Part shown: positions 40,424-50,028 of the stretch, piece after piece
How positions within the stretch are numbered: the first letter of the stretch is position 1
How the letters are laid out: each line of letters starts with the position of its first letter
Source: a virus
Taxonomy: Duplodnaviria > Caudoviricetes
Virus record (IMG/VR): IMGVR_UViG_3300037067_012889
Span: 299,886-363,885 of that record
Length of the DNA stretch: 64,000 bases
Strand: one strand, 5' to 3'
Made by a program: the position numbers and the translations under genes
The notes under the pieces: generated by a model
Told to the model about the DNA's origin: nothing
Databases searched by the model: none
What the model saw: the letters and a program-made list of their open reading frames with translations, nothing else

Positions 40424-40675
40424 TTATATATTCGTAGTGTCTACTTCTACAGCTTTATTCCACTTTATCCACAAGTCTTTAATTGATTCTAAGTATTTCA
40501 ACGGCAGTTCAATGGTAGCCTTTTGCTCAAATTCAGAAAAATTACGAAATTTAATCAACTTATTGACATCTACATCATGGAACGAATGAATCCATTCACA
40601 AAATTTCAACCAAGCGGGTCTATCGGTATTTTGGTCAGTATTATTGAGAATACGATCTAGTTTTTCGCTGAGCAT
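40424..40675 (-). CDS. Hypothetical protein
   Basis: 83-aa ORF with GAGG RBS. Confidence 0.55.
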   Translation of the reverse strand: MLSEKLDRILNNTDQNTDRPAWLKFCEWIHSFHDVDVNKLIKFRNFSEFEQKATIELPLKYLESIKDLWIKWNKAVEVDTTNI

Positions 40676-40711
40676 GATTACCTCGTTTCATAGTTACTAA
40701 AGAAATTTGAC

Positions 40712-41812
40712 ATGACAAAAATAGCAATCATTGCAGATGTCCATCTCGGATATGCTGGTCGTACTAACGACATCTTATGGGCTTTAAGGGCCGTTAGAAA
40801 TTATTGCCAAGAGCATGATGTTGATACAGTCATCACTCTTGGCGATCTGTTTCACGACAGACAACATCTGTCAATAGAAATACTTTGCGGAGCTTATGAT
40901 TTTTTCAGAGATGCGAAATATGAATATAACCAGCAGTGGATTGCATTTCCTGGAAATCATGATATGTTCTTAAAGCATAGTTGGAATATAAACAGCATAA
41001 GACCACTCGGGGAGCTAATGACGATCGTCGATACTGTCAAGGTGCTAGAAATCGATGATAGGCGATATTGGGTGCTACCATTTGTCTACTCAGAATCAGC
41101 TTATATGCGAATTCTTGAACGAATAGAAAAACAAGCAAGCAAAGAAGATATATTACTAACTCATGTCGGCGTCAATAATGCTATCCAAAATATATGCTTC
41201 CTTCTGCAAAACTGGTCGATAGTAACATTCATTCAAAGCAAATTCGATCGCATATATGCTGGGCATTTTCATTTATGTCAGCAAGTATCAACAAATTTAT
41301 GGTATCCTGGTGATCTTATCCCGCTTAAATATGACGAGGGCGATTGTGACCACGGATTCTTCGTTTTCGACCAAGATAAGAATGAACACATATTTGTCAA
41401 TGTGCTCGCAGAAGGATGTAAACTAGAGCCAGATGCGCGTCCGCCACAGTTTCATACGTTTTCAGAAGACGATCTCGATAAGAAAACAGAGGCTGATGTA
41501 TGTGGTGATATGGTCAGAATCACAACAACCAGAGATTACACCCCAAACGAATGCCAGGACATACGTGAACGGTTTGCGGCGATGGGGGCCAAAAAAGTCA
41601 CTTTTATCAATTTAACCGATGAAAAAATACCAAATGCTAAACTCGTCGAATTTGAACCAATAAAAATAGAAGACTTATTTACAAAATGGTTCGATCAAGA
41701 TATTCGAAATGCGAAAGATCTCAGACGCAATCTAGCTATTCGGCTGAATAAGGAAATCGTAGAAGAAGGAAACGAGATATATATTAAAAAAGCAGATCCA
41801 GAAGCAATATGA
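40712..41812 (+). CDS. sbcD: SbcD/Mre11 (gp47-like) nuclease
   Basis: ADVHLG, LGDLFH, GNHD, THV, GHFH. Confidence 0.88.
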   Translation: MTKIAIIADVHLGYAGRTNDILWALRAVRNYCQEHDVDTVITLGDLFHDRQHLSIEILCGAYDFFRDAKYEYNQQWIAFPGNHDMFLKHSWNINSIRPLGELMTIVDTVKVLEIDDRRYWVLPFVYSESAYMRILERIEKQASKEDILLTHVGVNNAIQNICFLLQNWSIVTFIQSKFDRIYAGHFHLCQQVSTNLWYPGDLIPLKYDEGDCDHGFFVFDQDKNEHIFVNVLAEGCKLEPDARPPQFHTFSEDDLDKKTEADVCGDMVRITTTRDYTPNECQDIRERFAAMGAKKVTFINLTDEKIPNAKLVEFEPIKIEDLFTKWFDQDIRNAKDLRRNLAIRLNKEIVEEGNEIYIKKADPEAI

Positions 41813-42202
41813 TTATTGTTTTATTGCTTTACTGCTCATCTCGTCTATGATTTCAGCAATCTCTTCACTAGAATAGCAAAACTCATGCAAGCAAGCAGCT
41901 TTAGTCTTTGCCATATGTTGTTCATTAAGGCGTTCAACTTGACCTAATGAAACATTGACATTGTGCCCATGACAACATCTTAAAGTATGCGTGTGACCAA
42001 AGAGCTTACATAGATATGGCCTGAATTGATAAATAGCACAGCCCTTATCTTTTGTCAGGAATGGGCAATCGGCACCTTGCCTCACCGGCATTATGTTATT
42101 CTTTTCTATGTGCTTTTCGATTGCGTAAAACTCTTCACTAGAGCACACTACAATGCCACAGCATTCTCCACACTGTTCACACTTCATCTTCGGGAATTTC
42201 AT
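41813..42202 (-). CDS. YkgJ-family cysteine-cluster protein
   Basis: CEQCGECC...CPFL...CAIYQFRPYLCKLF. Confidence 0.8.
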   Translation of the reverse strand: MKFPKMKCEQCGECCGIVVCSSEEFYAIEKHIEKNNIMPVRQGADCPFLTKDKGCAIYQFRPYLCKLFGHTHTLRCCHGHNVNVSLGQVERLNEQHMAKTKAACLHEFCYSSEEIAEIIDEMSSKAIKQ

Positions 42203-42218
42203 CAGTTAGCAAATCCTG

Positions 42219-43931
42219 TCAACTATTTTGCGGCCAAACAAGATCCATTTTGGAAAAAACTAGCACATTTTGAGAGAACCATCCCATAAATTTTCCACTA
42301 TGAAGATAATTCAAACACTTATTCATTAACGCTTCATCAAATATTAGACCAGCTCCTTCGAATTTTGTTCTCCAATATGATTTCGGACGGCAATTTACGT
42401 GTCCTGTGCCTCCCTGGCCCGGCAATGCAGCAGTCCAAATCAAAATACCACCAGGATTAATCGCCTTACAGACGCTCCTGACAATCATATCAGAATATTG
42501 CGGATCGATATGCTCTGCAACCTCTAAACATAACACTAAATCGGACGTCCATGTAGGCTCACGATCGTCTTGGGCATATTCTAGTATGTCAGCCTTAAAC
42601 AAATAAGGATCGTGCAATATACGATCATCAATGTCGATTCCGTTAGCATTAATGCCGACATCGCGTAGCGAGTGCACATAGATTCCGGGGCCACATCCAA
42701 TATCGATGATTGTAGATGGGTTAATCTCATCTTTGATCCATGTAGCTAATCTGTCCGCAAAGGGCTTTTCTTCTTCGGCGATTGCATCATAATCGATTTT
42801 CTCTTCAACAATTGGATAATATTTCTTGTTGAAAAGTAAATCTGTTCTACTAGGTTTTGGTTCATACCAACCTTGTTTGCCATGGACATCGAGTATAGAA
42901 TCAAAAAACTCCTCATACATCCCGGCAACTCGCTCCATCGAAAAGTTGTTGAGTGCCCAGAAACGGCAATTTTCTGGCTTTATTCTGCCAATATTCTTAG
43001 CTGCCCAGACAAACTGCTCGAATGTTCGACAGCGATAACCAGTAATACCGTGCAAATTGTTTTCTGTAAACGCTCCCCAATCTGTGGTGATCGTCGGAGT
43101 TCCAGAAAATAAACATTCAACTTGGACACCACCAAACGGTTCATTGTAAGTACTAGCAATGAAAGCGCCCTTGGCACGGGACATCAATCTCTTGCGTGTT
43201 TCAATGTCAGCATATCCAACAAACTCAATATGCTTTTCTGCTGATAGATCATAGTCGTCATTCTGCCCGGCAACAATAAGCTTGGCTCCGATGGCTTTGG
43301 TAACTTGCGTGGCAATATGAATTCCTTTTCCGACATAAACACGACCAAGAAAAAGAAAATAATTATCCTTCTCAGCTGAATATGTGAACTCATCTGGATC
43401 AAAATAATTCGGTATCACACAATCATACCAACTCTGCACGCATTGTCCAACAGAATTCAAACCATAGAATGCATTATATATTGCATATGATTCGAAAATT
43501 TTGTATTTCGCCCAATGACCGCCAGCATAACCTATACCGGGCTCAACACATATCATGTCTGGATGTGCATCGCAGATAGCACGGTGGCCTGCACCCCAGA
43601 ACGGTAAAATAAAATCGTTCTTCTGCTTTCTCTTACCAATCTCTTCTATTGCATTCCTGTTAAATGTAGTATAGGCATGATCACCTGTATCGAATTTAAA
43701 GAAATGTTTGCGCCAATCGTGATCACCATATGCCTTCTTCCAGTCTTCATTAGTCAAGACGGGCACATGCTCCGAACATTGTAAATCTGAATCCTCGTGG
43801 CCATAATGAATGACCGTATGACCACGATCAGTCATCATCTTCGCAAATTTGACGACTTTTTGCGTATACGCACAAGCCACATATTCTTTTGATGAGACAG
43901 TATGTTGGAGACCAAGAATATGAAAACGCAT
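42219..43931 (-). CDS. GT4 glycosyltransferase fused to a SAM methyltransferase
   Basis: [26 protein letters not shown]; DIGCGPG, CLEVAEH. Confidence 0.85.
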   Translation of the reverse strand: MRFHILGLQHTVSSKEYVACAYTQKVVKFAKMMTDRGHTVIHYGHEDSDLQCSEHVPVLTNEDWKKAYGDHDWRKHFFKFDTGDHAYTTFNRNAIEEIGKRKQKNDFILPFWGAGHRAICDAHPDMICVEPGIGYAGGHWAKYKIFESYAIYNAFYGLNSVGQCVQSWYDCVIPNYFDPDEFTYSAEKDNYFLFLGRVYVGKGIHIATQVTKAIGAKLIVAGQNDDYDLSAEKHIEFVGYADIETRKRLMSRAKGAFIASTYNEPFGGVQVECLFSGTPTITTDWGAFTENNLHGITGYRCRTFEQFVWAAKNIGRIKPENCRFWALNNFSMERVAGMYEEFFDSILDVHGKQGWYEPKPSRTDLLFNKKYYPIVEEKIDYDAIAEEEKPFADRLATWIKDEINPSTIIDIGCGPGIYVHSLRDVGINANGIDIDDRILHDPYLFKADILEYAQDDREPTWTSDLVLCLEVAEHIDPQYSDMIVRSVCKAINPGGILIWTAALPGQGGTGHVNCRPKSYWRTKFEGAGLIFDEALMNKCLNYLHSGKFMGWFSQNVLVFSKMDLVWPQNS

Positions 43932-43961
43932 TACACTACTCCCTATGATATTATTTAAATA

Positions 43962-45563
43962 CTAACACTGTTTTAGTGTGTTCAAGAAATGTTTAATATC
44001 ACCATTCGGCATTTCGTATCTATGAAACAAATCAGGATACATAATGCTCAATATGGTATAGATCGCTTCTTCGGTTCCCATACATTCATGTTGTATCGCC
44101 CAATCAACTTCTGAATAGAACAAACTGGTCATCTGTTGTATTTGTTGCTTTGTTCCACCAAAAAGCGTAGCACGACATACATAATATGGATTTCGAGTAC
44201 ATCTTTCGATCATCATATCCATATCATAACCATGAATTTCAGAATTCGTGTGATATGGATATGATGTGACGAAGAATTTATCGTTCGGAATTCTCGTAAA
44301 ATAAAATTGGTTAAGATCACCAGTAATATGATAACTATTATAAATACCCGAATCTAACCAATAAAAGTAACTACTGTTACTATTTCTGGTCGCCGCATCA
44401 AGCATACGTTGCTTCAACAATGTCATCGCAATATAATAACGTGAACCGATGACGCTGTCCTTCATCCAATCAGATTGATGAAGCCATCGATATTTTGTGA
44501 TGATATCCTGGATGCCACCGAAGAATTCACATTTCTCGATGTCTGCTGTAGTAAATGGAATCAGAGTTAATTCACTAGCACCTCTGGTTTGCCTCATTAA
44601 CTCAAAGTATTTCGGATCGCAATATAACACCAGTCTGTGCCTAGTGTCTAAAAGCTTTTTGACGCCTTCGAGATAATGTTGCTCGAACGTCCTATCGTCC
44701 CTATTTAAATCGATCATCATCGACACGATAGTAATGTCATATGGATGACGATAATCTTTATCGAGCCAGCGATAGTTAAGTTGTGGGAATATTCTGTCGT
44801 GTTTCAATTCTTGCGGGATGTAATCGTAAGGCGTTTTAGAGTCATCTGGCCTACGGCCAGCTATTGCACTACAATCATCACCCAAATGCTCAACATATTT
44901 GTCATTTAAAAAGATGCCCTTAAATCCAAGCGCAAAGAACTTTCTATCGATATTCCATTCATTGTGCCATTTTTCGACACGACCTAACATTATTAAATCG
45001 TCTCGCCGCTTTAAATTTGGGCTGCCGCACCATATACACCAATATAAGTGATAATCTGTTATCGTCCATGGTTTTTTATAATAGAAAGTAATATCGCCCA
45101 CACCATCTTCCCGCTGTAACCGTTGTATACTTTTATCATAACTCTTAATTCCCTGCCAGTCGAACGTCCTCCAAGAAATATCAACTATACCGATATCACG
45201 ATGTGTCTGCAGAATCCTTTTCGAGTCATTCAAATATCCTGGCTTCAAAAATTCCCAATCATCTTCGAGATAGAAGATATATTCAGAATCACAATAGGAC
45301 ACCATGAAGTCGAGTGCCCACCATTGTGTGCGATTTCTCGGGAAACAAACGACATCACATTGGTCGCCGTACTTTTCGACAAGTTTGTCGAAAACACCTT
45401 CTACTGCACTGTCATCAACTATCACCATCTTGGTCTGATAGTCTCTAGTGGCAAAGAACGATGTTAATGTCTTATCTAAGACATCGAGTCTATTGCAACT
45501 CAAAACAAACGTTGTCGTATCTGAATCTGGCTGCTCTACGGTATGGAATCTGACTTTGTTCAT
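43962..45563 (-). CDS. GT2-like domain fused to an HtrL/WlaTC-like domain
   Basis: IVDDS, YLEDDW; YWLDSG, LFGG, GTEEAI. Confidence 0.7.
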   Translation of the reverse strand: MNKVRFHTVEQPDSDTTTFVLSCNRLDVLDKTLTSFFATRDYQTKMVIVDDSAVEGVFDKLVEKYGDQCDVVCFPRNRTQWWALDFMVSYCDSEYIFYLEDDWEFLKPGYLNDSKRILQTHRDIGIVDISWRTFDWQGIKSYDKSIQRLQREDGVGDITFYYKKPWTITDYHLYWCIWCGSPNLKRRDDLIMLGRVEKWHNEWNIDRKFFALGFKGIFLNDKYVEHLGDDCSAIAGRRPDDSKTPYDYIPQELKHDRIFPQLNYRWLDKDYRHPYDITIVSMMIDLNRDDRTFEQHYLEGVKKLLDTRHRLVLYCDPKYFELMRQTRGASELTLIPFTTADIEKCEFFGGIQDIITKYRWLHQSDWMKDSVIGSRYYIAMTLLKQRMLDAATRNSNSSYFYWLDSGIYNSYHITGDLNQFYFTRIPNDKFFVTSYPYHTNSEIHGYDMDMMIERCTRNPYYVCRATLFGGTKQQIQQMTSLFYSEVDWAIQHECMGTEEAIYTILSIMYPDLFHRYEMPNGDIKHFLNTLKQC

Positions 45564-45895
45564 GTTTTTGCTTCTATCTCTTCATTTGAGACGATATCAA
45601 AACCTTTTAGACAGGTATATTGCCCTTTTGGTGCTTCTTCAAACACGGCCGTTATAGCACCCCAGCCTCTTTTAGGTCCGTCATCATAACTCCCGCACAA
45701 GCCGTTAAGCAGCCCAAGAAGGCCAACGTGACAACCGCCATGCTGGGCCGAGACCTGGCACGTAGGATGGTCGGCGAGAGCTTGGTTACACGGTATATGA
45801 TTTGCAATCAGCGCCCCGATGCAAGGTTTGTCTAATGTGGTCAATTCATTTAAGTAATCGACAACACGCTTAGCCAAATCAAGATCGACAGCCAT
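45560..45895 (-). CDS. Hypothetical protein
   Basis: 111 aa, GAGG RBS, VGLLGLLNGLCG. Confidence 0.6.
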   Translation of the reverse strand: MAVDLDLAKRVVDYLNELTTLDKPCIGALIANHIPCNQALADHPTCQVSAQHGGCHVGLLGLLNGLCGSYDDGPKRGWGAITAVFEEAPKGQYTCLKGFDIVSNEEIEAKT

Positions 45896-45966
45896 GATAT
45901 TTCCCCTCAGAAGCGACCAATTATGTTATCTACACAATGATCATATCGAGAGGTTGAACGAAAAGA

Positions 45967-46194
45967 TTAAGGCTCGCCGATAACAGCTTTATAGTGATCC
46001 TTGGCCATATCGAAATAATGCATTGGTATTCCAATACCTTCTTCCAACTTGTCGGCCATCTGCCTGAGATAGGTAATGGTAGTTTGTAGTGCCTGATGTT
46101 TAGTCATCTGGCCAAAGCCAGCGACAGTGACAAGCGGCTCATCGTTTACGTCTTCGGAAATCGTTCTAGAAATCTGATCAATATTATTTGTCAT
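45967..46194 (-). CDS. Hypothetical protein
   Basis: 75-aa ORF with AAGGA RBS. Confidence 0.55.
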   Translation of the reverse strand: MTNNIDQISRTISEDVNDEPLVTVAGFGQMTKHQALQTTITYLRQMADKLEEGIGIPMHYFDMAKDHYKAVIGEP

Positions 46195-46237
46195 AATTCA
46201 CAGTCCTTCGATATATTTTTGTCAGTATTATATTAAA

Positions 46238-46594
46238 ATGACTAAAGTTGAACGCTATTTCCGTCTTGCTAAAAGTGTCGCTTTAAAAGGTGATTCTAAT
46301 AATATCTATCGCAATCATCGCCTTGGTGCTGTCGGCGTTAGAGCAGATGGAGTAATAGTGACCGCTAATAATATCCCATGCATTCAACAAAATGCACATT
46401 CTCATGCCGAAGCCAGATTGGTGCGAAAATTGAACTGCGGATCAGAAATTTACGTCGTAAGAATATTGCGGTCAAATGGACTCAGCAATGCTCATCCATG
46501 CACCAAATGCCAAAATGCTATGAGACTCAGAGGAATACGGCGTGTCTATTATTCTATTTCAGACAACGAATATGGTGTGATTGTTCTAAGATGA
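46238..46594 (+). CDS. Cytidine/dCMP deaminase-fold protein
   Basis: HAE...PCTKC zinc motif. Confidence 0.8.
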   Translation: MTKVERYFRLAKSVALKGDSNNIYRNHRLGAVGVRADGVIVTANNIPCIQQNAHSHAEARLVRKLNCGSEIYVVRILRSNGLSNAHPCTKCQNAMRLRGIRRVYYSISDNEYGVIVLR

Positions 46595-46867
46595 TTCACT
46601 CTCATCATTCGTTAAAACATGCCGCGTTTTGAATTGTTTTTCACAATGTCGGCATATAACAACATTCGGATAAGTCTGCCAAGTATAGTCGTTAGGATCT
46701 ATACCCAATTCCTTATCTTCTTCTGTTGCAGCCAATAATATAGATCTCTGAAAATTTTCGCGGCCACAACTTGGACAGTCCCACATATACGCTGGTGATA
46801 ATTCGATTATTTCTTCACCAGTATACATTCCACACGTTGGACATATATTCGGTTTTTCGTCCGCCAT
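46586..46867 (-). CDS. Zinc-ribbon protein
   Basis: Start MADEK at 46867 with GGAGG RBS; CPTC, CPSC, CRHC. Confidence 0.6.
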   Translation of the reverse strand: MADEKPNICPTCGMYTGEEIIELSPAYMWDCPSCGRENFQRSILLAATEEDKELGIDPNDYTWQTYPNVVICRHCEKQFKTRHVLTNDESESS

Positions 46868-46891
46868 TTTATTCCTCCATGGTATGTACCT

Positions 46892-46930
46892 AAAAAAGTG
46901 CCCCGATGGAAATTTCCGATCCACCGGGGC
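46892..46930 (-). terminator. Rho-independent terminator
   Basis: Minus strand GCCCCGGTGGA-loop-TCCATCGGGGC followed by ACTTTTTT. Confidence 0.75.
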
Positions 46931-46962
46931 TTTGAAATTGTAAATTCAATTACAATTAGGGC

Positions 46963-47315
46963 GTCGAATTCACAGGCCAACTATCTCCATTTAATTCACA
47001 ATCTAAAGCTAATACCCACGTGTACTACGAACTGTACTACGACCCATTATAATAATCTGCCCGCAAGATGGGTCGGCCTGAATTGAACAGGCGTCCGTGG
47101 TTTGTTTGATTGTGAACCTCGATTTGGCCTTCGACGTAATTCTAAGTCTGTAGTGATAATCTAAATCTGTGGCTTGCCTCTGCTTTGGGCTACCCCCGCG
47201 TGTACTGTTTGGAAGTGCGGGGGCTAGGTCTCGCACCTAGACTTGGAGCCAATCTCTAAGTATCAGTCTGAATCTAAGGCTGCACATACTGCTGTACCCA
47301 TTCTCGGGCCTCGAC
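46963..47315 (-). ncRNA. Structured RNA with two tandem circularly permuted tRNA-like modules (YrlA-like topology)
   Basis: Modules at 47170-47251 and 47016-47100 each read T-arm, loop-closed 7-bp acceptor stem, UA, D-arm, enclosed by a 5-bp stem; terminal GTCGA/TCGAC and AGGCC/GGCCT closing helix. Confidence 0.7.
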
Positions 47316-47320
47316 AGTTT

Positions 47321-48055
47321 CTATCCGAAGATGTAGCCAAGGAAACTCTTGGCAACCGAAATTTCCTTCACGTCAACACAATTCGCTTCGCATCGTGCCG
47401 ACTTAACGGCGTCCTGCAACTTCCGGATCCTGGCGACCATTAGCCGACGATCAGCTTCCGGAATCGCACCAGAGAACTTGGTAGTCGTCCAACGGCCGAC
47501 AACCTTATCTTCCATCCAGGTTTCAACCTGTGCAGGGTGCTTGTCGGTCGCATCGTACTTGACGTTATTGCGAGGAGTTTTCTTGGTGCGAACTGATTCA
47601 GCTTGATCGGTCGCATAGCAACCTTCCTGGTCGTCGAAGTGCCAGCTTTCAGACGGGTCGAGAGTAGGAAGCTTACTGACGAAGGTGTTCAAGTCCTCAA
47701 GCTTGTGTTCGAGGAACAACAAATTCGTCGCTGGCACGTGTTCGAGGATGACGACGCCGTCAACAACAACATCGGCGAAAGCTTCGGTATTTGCGGTGTC
47801 CTGAGTCGCCACGAGATCGAGCATCGGGCCAATAGCTTCTTTTGCCTGCTCGATAACTTCCTGAACACGAAGCTGAACACGCTTGCTCTCAGGTGGAAGC
47901 CGGTCGGTGTCCTCATCGTCGATTGGTCGGTAATTCCTAGCAATACCGGCGAGCAGATCGCTTTTTTGCAAAATGTGATATAGCTTGGTCAAGCCGGATT
48001 CGGCTTGAGCTTTCTTCGCCTTGACCAAAGCAACGATCTGATGCAACTTCGCCAT
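47321..48055 (-). CDS. Uncharacterised 244-aa protein; candidate partner of the downstream RNA
   Basis: Clean ORF with GAGGAG RBS; visibly more GC-rich than its neighbours; helical ends and beta-rich middle. Confidence 0.8.
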   Translation of the reverse strand: MAKLHQIVALVKAKKAQAESGLTKLYHILQKSDLLAGIARNYRPIDDEDTDRLPPESKRVQLRVQEVIEQAKEAIGPMLDLVATQDTANTEAFADVVVDGVVILEHVPATNLLFLEHKLEDLNTFVSKLPTLDPSESWHFDDQEGCYATDQAESVRTKKTPRNNVKYDATDKHPAQVETWMEDKVVGRWTTTKFSGAIPEADRRLMVARIRKLQDAVKSARCEANCVDVKEISVAKSFLGYIFG

Positions 48056-48065
48056 GTCGTAACTC

Positions 48066-48082
48066 CTCTAAATCTAAGTCTG
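48066..48082 (-). promoter_or_regulatory. CAGACTTAGATTTAGAG motif abutting the RBS; candidate translational operator
   Basis: The same CAGA(C/T)TTAGA motif recurs in the linkers of the downstream RNA. Confidence 0.45.
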
Positions 48083-48131
48083 GGAAATTAAAAAGCGATT
48101 ATAGCACGATTGTGACTTTTATTTAATTCGA

Positions 48132-48590
48132 TTATCTGAATTGTTGGCACCAAAAGGCCGTACCATTTGGAGAGGCATATCCAGATAACCCAATTCTGGT
48201 ATGGCTGGGGTTTAAAATATTCGCACGATGACCTGGACTATTCATCCAAGCACTCATTACCGATTCAACCGTTGGTTGGCCCATGGCTATGTTTTCTATA
48301 TGTCCAGACGAATGAATCATATTATGGTGGTTGGCCATCCACCCGCAGTGTTGTCTAGCAGTACGATGTAACATAGTATCGAGAACCAAAACACCCAAGC
48401 CATACCTCTGTCGGGTGTCATTAACCGCTTCGAGTAATTGGTTTTCCACCTGATAGATGGGTGCGTCATCAACTGGTGCATTCGCCGAAGCAGATGTACT
48501 ATCATGGCCCCTACGGCGTAAACCACGACCAAATGTCGTGTTTGCTGAAAAGAAAACTGACAAACATAATACACAAACGAACCATTTCAT
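48132..48590 (-). CDS. Secreted CAP-domain protein
   Basis: Signal peptide; ARQHCGWMA...HS...ENIAMGQ...WMNSPGHRANILNP...FWCQQF. Confidence 0.88.
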   Translation of the reverse strand: MKWFVCVLCLSVFFSANTTFGRGLRRRGHDSTSASANAPVDDAPIYQVENQLLEAVNDTRQRYGLGVLVLDTMLHRTARQHCGWMANHHNMIHSSGHIENIAMGQPTVESVMSAWMNSPGHRANILNPSHTRIGLSGYASPNGTAFWCQQFR

Positions 48591-48645
48591 ATCGGCTCCT
48601 TTTGTTATGAGAAATTGCGCTACGCTGATTATTTATCAGTGGATT

Positions 48646-49080
48646 TTATAGTTGCTTATCAGAGGAGCCAAAGCCCTTAATTCCACGTACAGTTTCGTCT
48701 AAAGAGTTTACTTCTTCGATAAATAATTCTGGCACTGGCAATACTAAACCCTGAATTATTTTATCGCCAGTTTTGACAGTATAAGTGTCTGAACTGAGAT
48801 TTACTAAACTAACTAACCATTCACCCCTATACGTACTATCAATCACACCAGCCAAATGGTGAATACCCTTTTTACCACCAATTCCAGATCGATCGAATAA
48901 CACAACACAATAACCAGTCTCTATGCTTGAAGCCAAACCAGTATGAAAGAGATGTCTTTCATTTGGTAGAAGACTATAATCCTCTACAGCAGCAATATCA
49001 AATCCTGCTTCATGTTCGCCCGCTTTTGTAGGGATTTTGGCATCATTGTGTAATTTCTGGAATTTTATTCTCATAAGCAT
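48646..49080 (-). CDS. dut: Trimeric dUTPase
   Basis: AGFDI, RSG, GVIDSTYRGE, GDKIIQ, RGIKGFGSS. Confidence 0.95.
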   Translation of the reverse strand: MLMRIKFQKLHNDAKIPTKAGEHEAGFDIAAVEDYSLLPNERHLFHTGLASSIETGYCVVLFDRSGIGGKKGIHHLAGVIDSTYRGEWLVSLVNLSSDTYTVKTGDKIIQGLVLPVPELFIEEVNSLDETVRGIKGFGSSDKQL

Positions 49081-49219
49081 TTAAATACATCACAAGAAGC
49101 AGATCGTAAGAAAACGATTAAAAAGTAGATAGACGTATTTGACTTCACAACTCACAATGGTCGCAGGTGCACAAGGTCAGTCTTCCACTACGGCTAGTGC
49201 ATTTAGACCGCTCGAATCA

Positions 49220-49283
49220 CAGTCAAACAGTCAAACAGTCAAACAGTCAAACAGTCAAACAGTCAAACAGTCAAACAGTCAAA
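49220..49283. repeat. Tandem repeat (CAGTCAAA)x8
   Basis: Counted directly; flanked by the direct repeat GTCTTCCACTACG at 49180-49192 and 49319-49331. Confidence 0.95.
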
Positions 49284-49454
49284 ACAATTCTCCAATCTGG
49301 TGTCGCAGCCGTACAGACGTCTTCCACTACGATCGTGCGGTTAGATCACATATCTTCATAATTGTCGAAGTCACACCCGGCGTACTTTCTGCACGCCGGG
49401 TGTGATAGACATCTTAAAATATAGCTTCCTAGATGAAGCAAATGGAGAAGAATG

Positions 49455-49751
49455 ACGTGCTCACTCCATGCAGAGCGGTCTAATAACCGGAAAAAGAGTA
49501 GTCTAACTCCTGCAGGATTCGTCAACACCAGAGACGGTTGTAGTGCTAGGATGGCAGCGAAGCAGCCCTTGCAGGGAACGGGTGTCCAAAGGATATGTTA
49601 TTGGTCCTAGAGAGGACTCGTCTGGGGAGTTCAGCATTGATCCGGTTTATCTGGGATATGCTGAGGCAGCGGGACGTTAAACTCGTGGAATTCAATCAGC
49701 ATTGGGCTGGTTGATGGGTACCCTCGGCTTTAGCCACCGGGGGCGGGGGGG
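49455..49751 (+). ncRNA. Putative structured RNA of unknown class ending in a G5CG7 tract
   Basis: Consecutive hairpins (GTCCT/AGGAC, TCAGCAT/ATGCTGA, TCAATCAGC/GCTGGTTGA) with G-U pairs on the + strand; GC-rich; no credible ORF. Confidence 0.45.
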
Positions 49752-50028
49752 CTTTGCGCTGGCAGATCATACATCAATAATATTCTCTTCTAATCTTGTT
49801 TACATTAACGTTTCTAAATTGTAAATCTTGATAGATCTAATGAAGCAAGCGCAGCGAGCGAATTAGATCTAGCAGCGTCCACGCTGCTATGAATGTTTCT
49901 ACAATCTAATGTTTACAGTACTCTTGTTAAACTCGGTAGGAAGTATACATATCAAATCTTGTATGTATCTTATCCTTGGGTGCTACTGTGTTAGTACATA
50001 GGGCAAATCGCGAGAAGCACTCGTAACT

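Noticed and set aside
47016-47251. Canonical tRNA genes
   Set aside because: The arm order is permuted, the acceptor stems are loop-closed, and there is no anticodon loop or CCA end.
49220-49283. CRISPR array
   Set aside because: Contiguous 8-mers without spacers; no cas genes in the window.
49139-49528. Short ORFs across the microsatellite
   Set aside because: Their translations merely reflect the 8-bp repeat; there is no RBS or recognisable domain.
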